A DNA stretch of 64,000 nucleotides from an uncultured Oscillospiraceae bacterium (GTDB lineage: Bacteria > Bacillota > Clostridia > Oscillospirales > Oscillospiraceae). Below the pieces are notes generated by a model. It saw only the letters and a list, made by a program, of their open reading frames with translations, did not search any database and was not told the origin of the DNA. Below, one piece after another: positions 1 to 9,000 of the stretch. The DNA lies in contig CAJULM010000014.1 of NCBI GenBank assembly GCA_910587285.1, positions 2,053 through 66,052 of the forward strand, given 5' to 3'. The position numbers were made by a program, and so were the translations under genes. Each line of letters opens with the position of its first letter. Position 1 is the first letter of the stretch.

Positions 1-597
1 CACGTCCACGATATACGATTTGTCCATCACCGCGCCGAAGGGGCACTGAATCACGCACTGGCCGCAGGAAATGCACTTGTTTACGTCAATGTTAGCCTTG
101 CGGTCAGGGCCCATGGAAATCGCTTTCACGGGGCAGCCGCGCTCGCAGGGACGCATATTCTTGGTGATGGCGCCGTAGGGGCAGGCCTCAATGCACTTCC
201 CGCACAGGATGCACTTGGAGTGGTCAATGACGGAGCGGTGGTTCTCAATGCGAATCGCCCCCTTGGGGCACACGTCCATACAGCGGTGGGCGATACAGCC
301 CCGGCAGGACGCGCCCACGCTGATCTCGGTGACAGGACATTCGTCGCAGGCGATGGGGAGCACCTCCACCAAGGCAGGGTTGGCTCGGTCGCCGCCCATG
401 GCCATTTTCACCCGGCTGGTTACTACGGCCCTCTCTTTATAGATGCAGCATCGCATCTGGGCCTCCGGGCCGGGGATAATCTCCTCCGGGATGTTCAGCA
501 GGTCGTTGCTTTGCAGCCGCTCGTTCCAGGCCAGGCGGGCCACGGCGGTAAGTACCTCGTCCTTCAGCTTTTGAACTGTAGTCTCGTAATGACGCAC
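1..597 (-). CDS. Monomeric [FeFe]-hydrogenase (group B-like), N-terminal part; runs off the window start
   Basis: Manual translation from GTG at 597 (RBS GAGGAGG): MRHYETTVQKLKDEVL...RCCIYKERAVV...ACDECP...CRGCIAHRCMDVCP...CILCGKCIEACP...CISCGQCVIQCP, i.e. several 4Fe-4S motifs. Not in the ORF track; the H-cluster domain lies outside the window. Confidence 0.8.
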   Translation of the reverse strand, partial: MRHYETTVQKLKDEVLTAVARLAWNERLQSNDLLNIPEEIIPGPEAQMRCCIYKERAVVTSRVKMAMGGDRANPALVEVLPIACDECPVTEISVGASCRGCIAHRCMDVCPKGAIRIENHRSVIDHSKCILCGKCIEACPYGAITKNMRPCERGCPVKAISMGPDRKANIDVNKCISCGQCVIQCPFGAVMDKSYIVDV

Positions 598-675
598 AGG
601 CTTATTCCCTCCTCAATTATGTGGACGGCTGTTTGACAGTCCGCTTGTTAAAAAAATGTCGATTCATCATCTTGC

Positions 676-704
676 ATTATACCGTGGATGGGTTTCTGCG
701 TCAA
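676..704 (-). promoter_or_regulatory. SigmaA promoter of the hydrogenase gene
   Basis: Minus strand TTGACG-N17-TATAAT. Confidence 0.8.
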
Positions 705-768
705 CCCAAAAACCGGGATTTTGCATCAAAAATTTGTGGCGAATTTGGCATACACAAGCAGCTGCGCG

Positions 769-797
769 CACCTTTTCCACCTCTGCGGCATAGTCTA
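769..797 (+). promoter_or_regulatory. Putative sigmaK (late mother-cell) promoter of the split ATPase gene
   Basis: CACC(769-772)-N16-CATAGTCTA(789-797) matches mACm-N16-CATAnnnTA. Confidence 0.65.
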
Positions 798-876
798 AAA
801 TGAAAACGCGAGGCGCGGCCAGCGAGTTCCCTTCAATGCTTCAGCCCCGCCTCATTAGGAGGAGGCTTTTATCAGA

Positions 877-1149
877 ATGCCAGAGATTCGGTACTTTTTA
901 GGTGGAAACACACCTTTGGGATTTCACTCTCTCTATCATCAGCTCTCCGACCCAGCCCGTTTCCAGGCCGTGTACATCATCAAGGGAGGCCCTGGAAGCG
1001 GAAAATCCACCCTCATGCGCCGGGTGGGCCGCCACGCCCAGGCGGCTGGGCTGAATACGGAGGAAGTCCTGTGCTCCGGCGACCCAGACTCCCTGGATGC
1101 GCTCATCCTTCCCCAGTTGGGCGCGGCGCTGGTGGATGGCACGGCGCCC
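877..1149 (+). CDS. 5' segment (91 codons) of a PRK06851-like P-loop ATPase interrupted by the integrated element
   Basis: RBS AGGAGGAGG; YFLGGNT, Walker A GGPGSGKS, CSGDPDSLD, ends at DGTAP. The frame resumes as HVVEPKCPG at 15232. Confidence 0.9.
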
Positions 1150-1176
1150 CAGGGGGTTGTGCCGTTAGTACATTTT
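1138..1176. other. attL of the serine-recombinase element (crossover dinucleotide CA at 1150-1151)
   Basis: GGCAC-N7-CA-N7-GTGCC symmetry; CCCCA core shared with 15229-15233; inner arm is an imperfect inverted repeat of the inner arm at the right end. Confidence 0.88.
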
Positions 1177-1189
1177 GAGCTGTGTGGGT

Positions 1190-1214
1190 GGTACCACGAC
1201 GTGGTCGTGGTGCC
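1190..1214. terminator. Hairpin just past the recombinase stop
   Basis: GGTACCACGAC-gtg-GTCGTGGTGCC stem. Confidence 0.4.
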
Positions 1215-1220
1215 CTAATT

Positions 1221-2759
1221 TTAGAACTTCCAGTTTATTTTGACCTCTTGCTTGCCGGTGTTGGGATTTCGTTCGCCGATTTCAATGCGTTCAATCAAGC
1301 CTACCACCAGTTCCCGAGGAACGGTTTCCAACTTCAGCAACTTCCGCGCCTTTTCCATCAAGTCGGCTTGCTGCTGAGGTTGTTCCCGTTTTTCAAGCTC
1401 TTCCTCGATTTTTGCCAGCCGCTGTTCCAGGCGGCTTTTTTCGTCCAGAAAGGATCGGTTCAGCTCCACAAACTGGCCTTCGCTGATAATCCCTGCCACC
1501 TTGTCTAAATACAGCGTTTTCAGCGCCTGGCTTCGTTTTTCCAGTTGAGCCGCGAGGGTCTTTCGCTCCTGCTTCAAGGCTTTCTGCCGGGTGTCTTCCT
1601 GGGGCTGGAGATCGTTGGGGTTCAGCTCATAATAGGTCTGGACGTAGTAACGAATACGGTCGGACACCAGATCGATGAGCTGATCCAGCCGGACGGAGTG
1701 GCGGGTACACAGCCGTTGTTTGCCGCTGTCGGCGTACAGCTTGCAGCGGAGGTAGCTTCGCTTGCCGTTGGAGCACTTGCTCATGGTGGAACCGCAGTCG
1801 GCGCACTTCACCAGTCCGGACAGCAGATGGGCCTCCCCGGTGCCGTCCGTCCGGGTGCGCAGCTTCAACCCCCGCTGGACCGCCTGGAAAGTCTCCCGGT
1901 CGATGATGGCCTCGTGAGTGCCCTCTACCCGGTACCATTCGCTTTTCGGTGTGTCAATGACCACCTTGGACTTGTAGCTGACCTTCCTCCGCCGGCCCTG
2001 GATCATCACACCGGTGTACATCTCGTTGGTCAGGATGCGGCCCACCGTTACCTTGTTCCACAGGCCAAAATCGTTCTTGATGGGATGGTTGCAGGTCCAG
2101 CCCCGCTCCGCCTTGTAGCGGGTGGGGTTGGGGATACCCTGCTGGTTCAGCAGATAGGCGATGTTCTGCCGACCATGACCCTCCAGCGACCATTGGAAGA
2201 TCTGCCGCACCACCTCAGCCGCCTCAGGGTCAGGGATGATGTGGTTTTTGTCTGCCGGATCTTTCTGATAGCCGTAGATGGGGAAGCCGCCGATGTACTT
2301 GCCCTCCCGCCGCTTCAGGTCGAACACCATGCGGACGTTCTCGGACAGGTCCTCCAGGTACCACTCGTTCACCAGGCCGTTGATCTGCCGGGCCTTTTTG
2401 TTGCCTTTGACCTCGGTGTCGGCATTGTCCGCCACAGCGATAAAGCGGATGCCCCAAATGGGAAACAGACCGTGGATGTACTTCTCCACCAGCTCCATAT
2501 CACGGGTAAACCGGGACTGGGATTTGCACAGGACGATTTGGAATTTTTTCTGCTTGGCGGCCTTGATCATGCGGCTGAAGTCCGGACGGTCGCTGTCCAC
2601 TCCGGAGAAGTCCTCATCGCAATAAATCGAGTAGATATCCCAGCCGTGTTCGATGGCGTAGTGGGTCAGCAGAAATTTCTGGTTCTGGATGCTTTCGGAC
2701 TCGGGCTGGTGCTTGTCTTCGTCCTCCTTACTCAGTCGTGTATAGATCGCGCAAAGGAT
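1221..2759 (-). CDS. Large serine recombinase/integrase (resolvase, recombinase and Zn-ribbon domains), 512 aa if started at ATC 2759
   Basis: Catalytic AIYTRLSKED...SESIQNQ...YCDEDFSG...RPDF lies upstream of the ORF-track start (2600); also SRFTRD, PIYGY, LTNEMYTG, HEAII, LLSGLVKCADCG. RBS GAGGAGGTG sits 6 nt before ATC. Confidence 0.93.
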   Translation of the reverse strand: MLCAIYTRLSKEDEDKHQPESESIQNQKFLLTHYAIEHGWDIYSIYCDEDFSGVDSDRPDFSRMIKAAKQKKFQIVLCKSQSRFTRDMELVEKYIHGLFPIWGIRFIAVADNADTEVKGNKKARQINGLVNEWYLEDLSENVRMVFDLKRREGKYIGGFPIYGYQKDPADKNHIIPDPEAAEVVRQIFQWSLEGHGRQNIAYLLNQQGIPNPTRYKAERGWTCNHPIKNDFGLWNKVTVGRILTNEMYTGVMIQGRRRKVSYKSKVVIDTPKSEWYRVEGTHEAIIDRETFQAVQRGLKLRTRTDGTGEAHLLSGLVKCADCGSTMSKCSNGKRSYLRCKLYADSGKQRLCTRHSVRLDQLIDLVSDRIRYYVQTYYELNPNDLQPQEDTRQKALKQERKTLAAQLEKRSQALKTLYLDKVAGIISEGQFVELNRSFLDEKSRLEQRLAKIEEELEKREQPQQQADLMEKARKLLKLETVPRELVVGLIERIEIGERNPNTGKQEVKINWKF

Positions 2760-2796
2760 TTGTTACACCTCCTCAAAGGCGTAACTGCTCAATATC

Positions 2797-2825
2797 ATCA
2801 TACAACAAGAGCAGTCGGGCCGCAA
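2797..2825 (-). promoter_or_regulatory. Putative sigmaA promoter of the recombinase, overlapped by an ACTGCTC-N18-GAGCAGT inverted repeat (2784-2815)
   Basis: Minus strand TTGCGG-N17-TATGAT. Confidence 0.5.
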
Positions 2826-2838
2826 GGATTTATTTGAA

Positions 2839-2868
2839 ATGCCTTTGCCGGTAAAATGGCAAAGGCAT
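2839..2868. terminator. Stem-loop
   Basis: ATGCCTTTGCC-N8-GGCAAAGGCAT, perfect 11-bp stem. Confidence 0.5.
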
Positions 2869-2884
2869 TCAAAACGTATGAGAC

Positions 2885-3095
2885 ATGGATGAGGTAAACG
2901 ACGTCCGTCTGATAGCGGAGGCTTCCGCACGGATGGCCCATTTCAACCCCGCCAAGTTGCTTTCCGGCCATCAAATTGACGAGGCCCTGGGACTTTCTCC
3001 CGAGGACTATGGTGCTAATTGTAATCGGAGCACGAAAAGACGATGAGGTCTACCATATTGCCCATAAACGAATCCAAGAGCACAATTTGAAATAA
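2885..3095 (+). pseudogene. Remnant of a type II toxin-antitoxin pair (Phd/YefM-like antitoxin C-terminus joined to RelE/ParE-like toxin C-terminus)
   Basis: MDEVNDVRLIAEASARMAHFNPAKLLSGHQIDEALGLSPEDY from 2885, then in another frame MVLIVIGARKDDEVYHIAHKRIQEHNLK* (3009-3095). Confidence 0.6.
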
Positions 3096-3103
3096 GAGTC
3101 ATC

Positions 3104-3134
3104 AGAGGGATAACACACGCAGTGTTGTCCCTCT
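3104..3134. terminator. Terminator hairpin between the convergent TA remnant and micro-ORF
   Basis: AGAGGGATAACAC-acgca-GTGTTGTCCCTCT followed by T-rich sequence. Confidence 0.6.
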
Positions 3135-3144
3135 TCTCGTTTTG

Positions 3145-3258
3145 TTATTTCTGGAGCTCCTTTAAAAGCCAGGCAGTAATAGTCTGGCAAATCATTTCGT
3201 TGTCAGCCTTGAACGGTGGTATGTGAGATTCTTTCAAAATCAAAGAAGAATCTTTCAT
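3145..3258 (-). CDS. 37-aa micro-protein, candidate recombination directionality factor
   Basis: GGAGG RBS then ATG; MKDSSLILKESHIPPFKADNEMICQTITAWLLKELQK; sigmaE-like promoter directly upstream; co-oriented with the recombinase. Confidence 0.6.
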   Translation of the reverse strand: MKDSSLILKESHIPPFKADNEMICQTITAWLLKELQK

Positions 3259-3276
3259 GAAAATCGCCTCCGGTAA

Positions 3277-3306
3277 ACTATATGAAACAGAAAGTACAAA
3301 ATATGA
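3277..3306 (-). promoter_or_regulatory. Putative sigmaE (early mother-cell) promoter of the micro-ORF
   Basis: Minus strand TCATATT-N15-CATATAGT versus consensus tcATAtt-N14/15-CATAcanT. Confidence 0.7.
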
Positions 3307-3335
3307 TTGTAAAGTTGGGGCAGATATAGTATGAT
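3307..3335 (+). promoter_or_regulatory. Putative sigmaA promoter of the Wadjet operon
   Basis: TTGTAA-N17-TATGAT. Confidence 0.6.
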
Positions 3336-3376
3336 TAAGTCGATAACAGGAATTGAGTGTGAAAGGCAGATGGATC

Positions 3377-4864
3377 ATGCTGCAAGCTAATTTATTGGAA
3401 GGTATTCCCGAAACCAGATATCTCTCAGCAGATAACTACAGGGTCTATCGAACAATTATGCGCATCTTCTACCTGGAGCACCAGAAGATGCACTATCAGA
3501 TGGATCGGGACGCTGTTCTGATCCTGCTTCGAGGACAGGCTGTCTTTGCGGACTACACCCCGGAGCAGTTGACGCTTGACCTCCAGCAGCTGGTCAAGTG
3601 GAAAAACCTTACGCCTATCCAAGACCCGCGCAAACCCCGCACCATCGCTGAGTTCAAAAACAAGCAGTATCAATATATGATGTCTCAGACGGCCATCGAG
3701 GTCGAACGGCTGACTATCACGCTGGAAAATCTGTCCACCCGGACATCCAGTCTCTCTGCCAGTCCATTCCGTCGCATCCGGGAGGATCTGTATAAAGCGG
3801 AACAATTGGACAGTATGCCCCTCCGTGAGGTCAACGCCTGGTGGCAGGACCTGCAGGAGGACTTTCAGCGGCTGAGTCAGAACCATCAGGACTTTCTCCG
3901 GGAGTTCTACGGCCCAGGGATGGAAATGCAGATGAAATCGGTGGATTTTATTGTTTATAAGCAGAATTTAGTGCGATATCTGGAGGATTTTATTCAGGAT
4001 CTCCAGCACAGCGCCGCCCAGATCGGCGCGCAGCTGGAGAAGTTCTCTCCAGAGCAGGTCACCCATATTTTAGACCTGGTCCGGCGCAGTGAGCTGGAGA
4101 TCCCCCGCCCTCAGTCTGAGCAGTCCACCGACTGGGAAGCGGAGTTGCAAACTCGATGCCAAGGGGTCTGGCAGTCCCTGACCGACTGGTTCACCGGCAG
4201 CGATCCCGCCGCCCGGCAGGTGCTGAACGTGACCAATGAGGTCATCCGCAGGGCAGTGCAGAACGCTGCCCTGCTGGTGCAGATGGAGAACATGGGAGTG
4301 AGCAACAAGGCGGAGCTGCGGCACTTGCTCACCCTGTTTGCCGGGTTCAAAACGGTGGAGGAGGGTCATCGCCTCTCTGCCCTGGTATTCGGCGCCCAGC
4401 AGACCCGGCACTTTACCTTTGACCACATCCGGGAATCAGAGCGCATTGACCTCAGCCCCTACGACGAGCCGCCAAAGGACTACTCCCTCCAGCCCCGGAC
4501 GCGTTCCTATAAGCCCCGGATGGATCGCTCCGGTTTTGCGGACAAGAGCGCCGAAAAGGCGGCCCAGCGCCAGAAGATCCTGGAGGAGGAACGGACCCTC
4601 CGTCAGGAGGTCATAGGCCATATCCGGGACGGGAAGCTGGACCTGGCCGCGCTGGACGCCCCCGTCTCCCCCGCTGTGCGCACCGTGTTTTTGTCCTGGA
4701 TCGCCCTGGCCAACCTCAGCCCCGACAAGCGGGGGCAGACCCAGTATGGCCAGTCCTACCGGCTGAAAAAGCGGGGCAGTCAGACCTGCGCGCTGCGGTG
4801 TACCGACGGCGTTCTGACCATGCCTAGCTGCGTGCTAATGTTTGAGGAGGCCGGCCATGTATGA
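3377..4864 (+). CDS. jetA: Wadjet JetA-like kleisin subunit (TIGR02677/DUF2397-like)
   Basis: ETRYLSADN..YRTIMR.FY..HQKM and LQQLVKWKNL..QDP....TIAEFKNK pattern; first gene of a 4-gene overlapping operon containing an SMC ATPase. Confidence 0.85.
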   Translation: MLQANLLEGIPETRYLSADNYRVYRTIMRIFYLEHQKMHYQMDRDAVLILLRGQAVFADYTPEQLTLDLQQLVKWKNLTPIQDPRKPRTIAEFKNKQYQYMMSQTAIEVERLTITLENLSTRTSSLSASPFRRIREDLYKAEQLDSMPLREVNAWWQDLQEDFQRLSQNHQDFLREFYGPGMEMQMKSVDFIVYKQNLVRYLEDFIQDLQHSAAQIGAQLEKFSPEQVTHILDLVRRSELEIPRPQSEQSTDWEAELQTRCQGVWQSLTDWFTGSDPAARQVLNVTNEVIRRAVQNAALLVQMENMGVSNKAELRHLLTLFAGFKTVEEGHRLSALVFGAQQTRHFTFDHIRESERIDLSPYDEPPKDYSLQPRTRSYKPRMDRSGFADKSAEKAAQRQKILEEERTLRQEVIGHIRDGKLDLAALDAPVSPAVRTVFLSWIALANLSPDKRGQTQYGQSYRLKKRGSQTCALRCTDGVLTMPSCVLMFEEAGHV

Positions 4865-6014
4865 ATTTCGCGCTCTGCTGGACCGGTTCTGGGTCACCCG
4901 GGCGGAGGACCGGGAGCTCTATTTCGGCCTGAAACGAGCCCTGCCCGATTACCGCAGGCTGGTCAACGAGCTGCTGGGCTGGAACCTGGTGGTCAATGAG
5001 TCGGTGGTCAAGCTGGAGAAGGTGCCGCCCAGGGCCATGTCCTGGATGGGAATCCAGTCCTTTCAGGAGCCGCTGGACTACTGCCTGCTGTGCGCCGTCC
5101 TGCTGTTTCTGGCCGACCTGGACGACGGCGCTCCCTTTCTGCTCTCCTCCCTGACTCAGGCTGTGGAGACCTTCCTCAGTGAGGTCCAGCCGGTGGACTG
5201 GACCCGGTTCCCCCACCGCAAATCCCTGGTGCGGGTTCTCCAGTACGCCCAGGAGGTGGGGCTGGTGCTGGTCTACGACGGGAACAGCGCACTCTTCGGC
5301 AACGATCAAAATCAGGAGGTGCTCTATGAAAACACCGGCCTGTCCCGGCACTTTCCGGTACATTTTGGCCGGGACATTATGGGGTGCCGGTCCATTGAGG
5401 ATTTCGAGGCCCTCGCCTGGGAGGGGGACGAGACCGAACAGCGGCGGCGGCGGGTCTACCGACAGCTGGCGCTGGCTCCCGGCCTCTACTGCTCCGACCA
5501 GACCCAGAGCGATTACGACTACATCAAAAATCAGCGCCGTACAGTAGGTGGGAATCTGGATCAGTTTTTGAACGGAGAGCTTCAGCTCTACAAAAACGGC
5601 GCGTTCTTTCTCCTGTCCGAGGGTGAGCGCTGCGGGCTACTCTACCCCGGGATCCGGGCGCTGTCCGACGTGTCGCTGCTGCTGTGCGCCCAGCTGAGAG
5701 AACAGATCGAACAGGGCGTCTATCCCCGCCGGGCGGACGACACCGTGCTGCTTACCCGCCGGGAGTTTTTCCATGAGCTGGAGCGCTGCCGGTCCCGGTA
5801 CGGAAACGGCTGGGGCTCCCAGCTGCGCACCTGTTCACTGGAACGCATCTGCCAGGAGCTAACCGTTTATATGGCCGATTGGATGCTCCTGGAGGTGCTG
5901 GAGGAGGACATACTGCTCTACCCGGCCGCAGGCAAACTGGTGGGGAGTTACCCCGCCACCTATCAAAATGAATCAAGGGAGGGGGAGGAAGATGAGCCGC
6001 TGGAAGATGAATAA
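4857..6014 (+). CDS. jetB: Wadjet JetB-like subunit (TIGR02678/DUF2398-like)
   Basis: LLDRFWV, KLEKVP..AMSWMGI, VDWT...HRKSLVRVL, EVLYENTGLSR; overlaps the jetA stop. Confidence 0.85.
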   Translation: MYEFRALLDRFWVTRAEDRELYFGLKRALPDYRRLVNELLGWNLVVNESVVKLEKVPPRAMSWMGIQSFQEPLDYCLLCAVLLFLADLDDGAPFLLSSLTQAVETFLSEVQPVDWTRFPHRKSLVRVLQYAQEVGLVLVYDGNSALFGNDQNQEVLYENTGLSRHFPVHFGRDIMGCRSIEDFEALAWEGDETEQRRRRVYRQLALAPGLYCSDQTQSDYDYIKNQRRTVGGNLDQFLNGELQLYKNGAFFLLSEGERCGLLYPGIRALSDVSLLLCAQLREQIEQGVYPRRADDTVLLTRREFFHELERCRSRYGNGWGSQLRTCSLERICQELTVYMADWMLLEVLEEDILLYPAAGKLVGSYPATYQNESREGEEDEPLEDE

Positions 6015-9000
6015 GCTGGGATTCCTCAATTTCTGGTTGTACGACCAGGAGGAATTTCCCATCCATGACGGCCATATCCTGCTGCGGGGCAATAACGCGG
6101 CGGGAAAATCCATCACCACCCAGAGCTTTGTCCCCTTTATCCTGGACGGGGATAAGCGCCCGGAGCGGCTGGACCCCTTTGGCTCCCGGGATCGCAAGAT
6201 GGAGTTTTACCTGCTGGGGGACAACGAACGGGAGGAGTCCACCGGCTATCTGTACCTGGAGTTCCGCAAGCCCGACGCGGAGGAATACCGGACTATCGGT
6301 GTGGGAATGCGGGCCCAGCAGGGAAAGCGGGAGATTGATTTCTGGGGCTTCTGCCTCCGGGATGGGAGGCGGATTGGGCCAGGCGGGCTGCATCTGTTCG
6401 AGCAGATGGGCGGGCAAAATCTGCCCCTCAGCAAGCGGAAATTACACCAGCTTATAGAAGACCCCAGCTGTTGGACGGAGAGCCAGACGGCCTACAAGGA
6501 GATGGTCAACAAACAGATTTTCGGCTTTGAGGACATCCGGCAGTACGACCAGCTGGTCCAGCTGCTGATCATGGTGCGGGCGCCCAAGCTGTCCAAGGAT
6601 TTCCGCCCCACCGAGGTAAAAAAACTCTTAAATCTGTCCCTCCAGGTGCTGACGGACGACGACCTGTCAGCCATGGTCAGCACCATGGAGCAAATGGACA
6701 ATCTGGAGGACACCCTCCACGGCTATCAGAGGGCCATGCAGGACGCCAGGATCATCCGAAACGAGTATAACCGGTACAACCAATACATTCTGGGCCGCAA
6801 GGGTCAGGCTTACCTGGAGGCCCGGAGCGCCGTTCAGCGTCTGCGCAATCAGCTCCGGGATGCGGAGGGCTTGCGCGGCAATCTGGAGCGGCAGCTGGAT
6901 GAACAGTCGGAGCGAAAGCGGCAGTCCGGGACCCGGCTGGAGCAGGCAAGGGCCCAGCGGACGGCAATGGGAGATGACGACCTGTCTGCCAAGAGTGCCC
7001 AGCTGAAACAGGTTTTGGAGAACTGTACCCGGCTTGCCGCTCAGCTGGAACAGGGGGAGACCCGGCTCCAAAAGCTGGAGGATGGGATATCCAGGCGGGA
7101 AGTCAATCTGCGGACGCTGACCCGGGACTGTGACGACACACGCGCCGCAGTTCGTCGGCTTCTGCGGGAGCTGAACGATCAAAACGAGCTGCTGCGCCTG
7201 GGGCAGGAGCACGACCAGTATGTCCGTGGCCTCCAGGCGGAGCGGCTGGACACAGATCAGCAGGCCCTTCTCGCCGCGCTCCGGCAGAGGAGCCGGCAGA
7301 TCAGCGAGGTTCTGCGCGCCCTGCAAAAATCAGAGGAGGCCAGAACGGTCTATGACAGCGCCTGTCAGGCATCAGACCAGGCAGCCGCCGCTGTAAGAGA
7401 GGCCCAGATCGTACTGCGGGATGCCAAGACCCAGGAACACGAGGAGAGGGACAAGCTGCTGGAATCCTTTACCCGCTGGCGGGATCAGAATACCCAGCTG
7501 GAGATCACTCAGGACCTCTGGCTGGATATCCGGCGGGCCCTTGTTGCTTACCATATTCCGGCGGATTGGAGCCCTGTCCGCAATCAGGTGGACGAATGTG
7601 TTCGGATACGGGAGTCAAACCTCCGGGTGCAGCTACTGCAAGCTGAAAACATTCTGAAAATCTTGCGGGAGGAGCAAAAGGAGAAGGAACGGGAATTAGA
7701 GCAGCTCAAAGCCCGGCCAGAGCCCATTCCGCCCCGCCGGGATTCCATCCAGGCCGCACGCCTCCAGCTGATGCTGCGGGATATTCCCTGCGCCCCACTC
7801 TATGAGCTGGTGGACTTCGCCCCTGACCTCTCCCAAGACGAGCGAGACCTCTTGGAGGCCCAACTGACCGACACCGGGCTGCTGGACGCCCTGGTGGTGC
7901 CGGAGGAACAGCTTCCCGCTGTCCGGGAGTTGCTGGAGGAGTATCCGGACCGCTTCCTGATTCCCGGACCTGCTGTAGAACAGCCTATTCGGGGCCTGAT
8001 CCCCGACGCCAAGGGACACTTCCCCAGGGAAACCGCCGCCTGCCTCCGGGGGATATCCCAAGCCGATCTCAGCGCCGAGACCGCCCTTCTCCCCGACGGT
8101 CGGTTCCGCTACGGCATGATCCAGGGCCGCAGCCACGCCGAGGCCCCTGCCGGATTCGTAGGCGCCGCCGCCCGGGAGGCCAACCGGCAGCGTCAGATTT
8201 TCGAGCTAGAAGAACGGTTGGAGCAGTTGTCTGTAAGGGTGCAGTCTGCACAGACTGAGGTTTTGGACTGTACCGGACAGCTGGAGCAGTTGGAACAGGA
8301 GCGCTCCCGGATGCCGTCCGCTGAAGAACTGGACCAGGCACTGGTGCTGCTGGATCAGGCCCGCCGGGATCTGCGTCAGGCCGAGGAGGAACAGCAGAAA
8401 AAGCTGGCCGCCGAGCAGGCGGCAAAGCAAGCCTGGTCTGCACTGGAGGAAAAAACCGTCAGCCTCAGTGCCGGCCTGTCTTATGAGCGGACGGTCCCGG
8501 ACTATGAGGAGGCTCAGGAGGCGGCTGTCGGCTATCGGGACACACTGAACGATTTGGAACACAGCCGTCAGAGGCTGGACTACGCGGTCCGCGCCACGGA
8601 GGATGAGCAAAATACCATCGACGAGCAGCGGGATCAGGCGGCGGACCAGAAAAAGGCCAATGACGCCGTTCAAAGGTCGTTGCAAGTCGGCCGGTCATCC
8701 GCCGAGGAGCTGCAGGCCTATTTGGACCGGCCAGAAAATCAGGCCCGAGTCCGCCGCCTGGCCGAGCTGGATCAGGAAATCGATCACCAGGATCAGGAAA
8801 ACCGAAGCGCGGAAAAAGAGTGTGTTCGATTGGAAACGGAACTGGAAAACTCTGCTGAAACCATTGCCCGGCGTAAAGAAAATCTCTTGAACGCTACAAT
8901 TGACGAGCAGGACACAGAAGGCTACTTTCTGGAGGACCTGAAGTTGGGCTTCTTCGGGCTGGATGAAACGCTGGACCTGGAGGAGCGCGCCCAGCAGGCA

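Noticed and set aside
645..662. Rex box upstream of the hydrogenase
   Set aside because: Only the left half (TTGTTAA) matches; the right half is too divergent to call.
746..762. Sigma54-like TGGCA motif upstream of the ATPase
   Set aside because: GG-to-GC spacing is not 10 nt.
877..1218. 113-aa ORF as a complete gene
   Set aside because: The last 22 codons are read-through into element DNA past attL; the true continuation is at 15232.
1221..2600. Recombinase start at GTG 2600
   Set aside because: It would omit the catalytic YTRLS serine; the frame is open to 2759, where a strong RBS lies.
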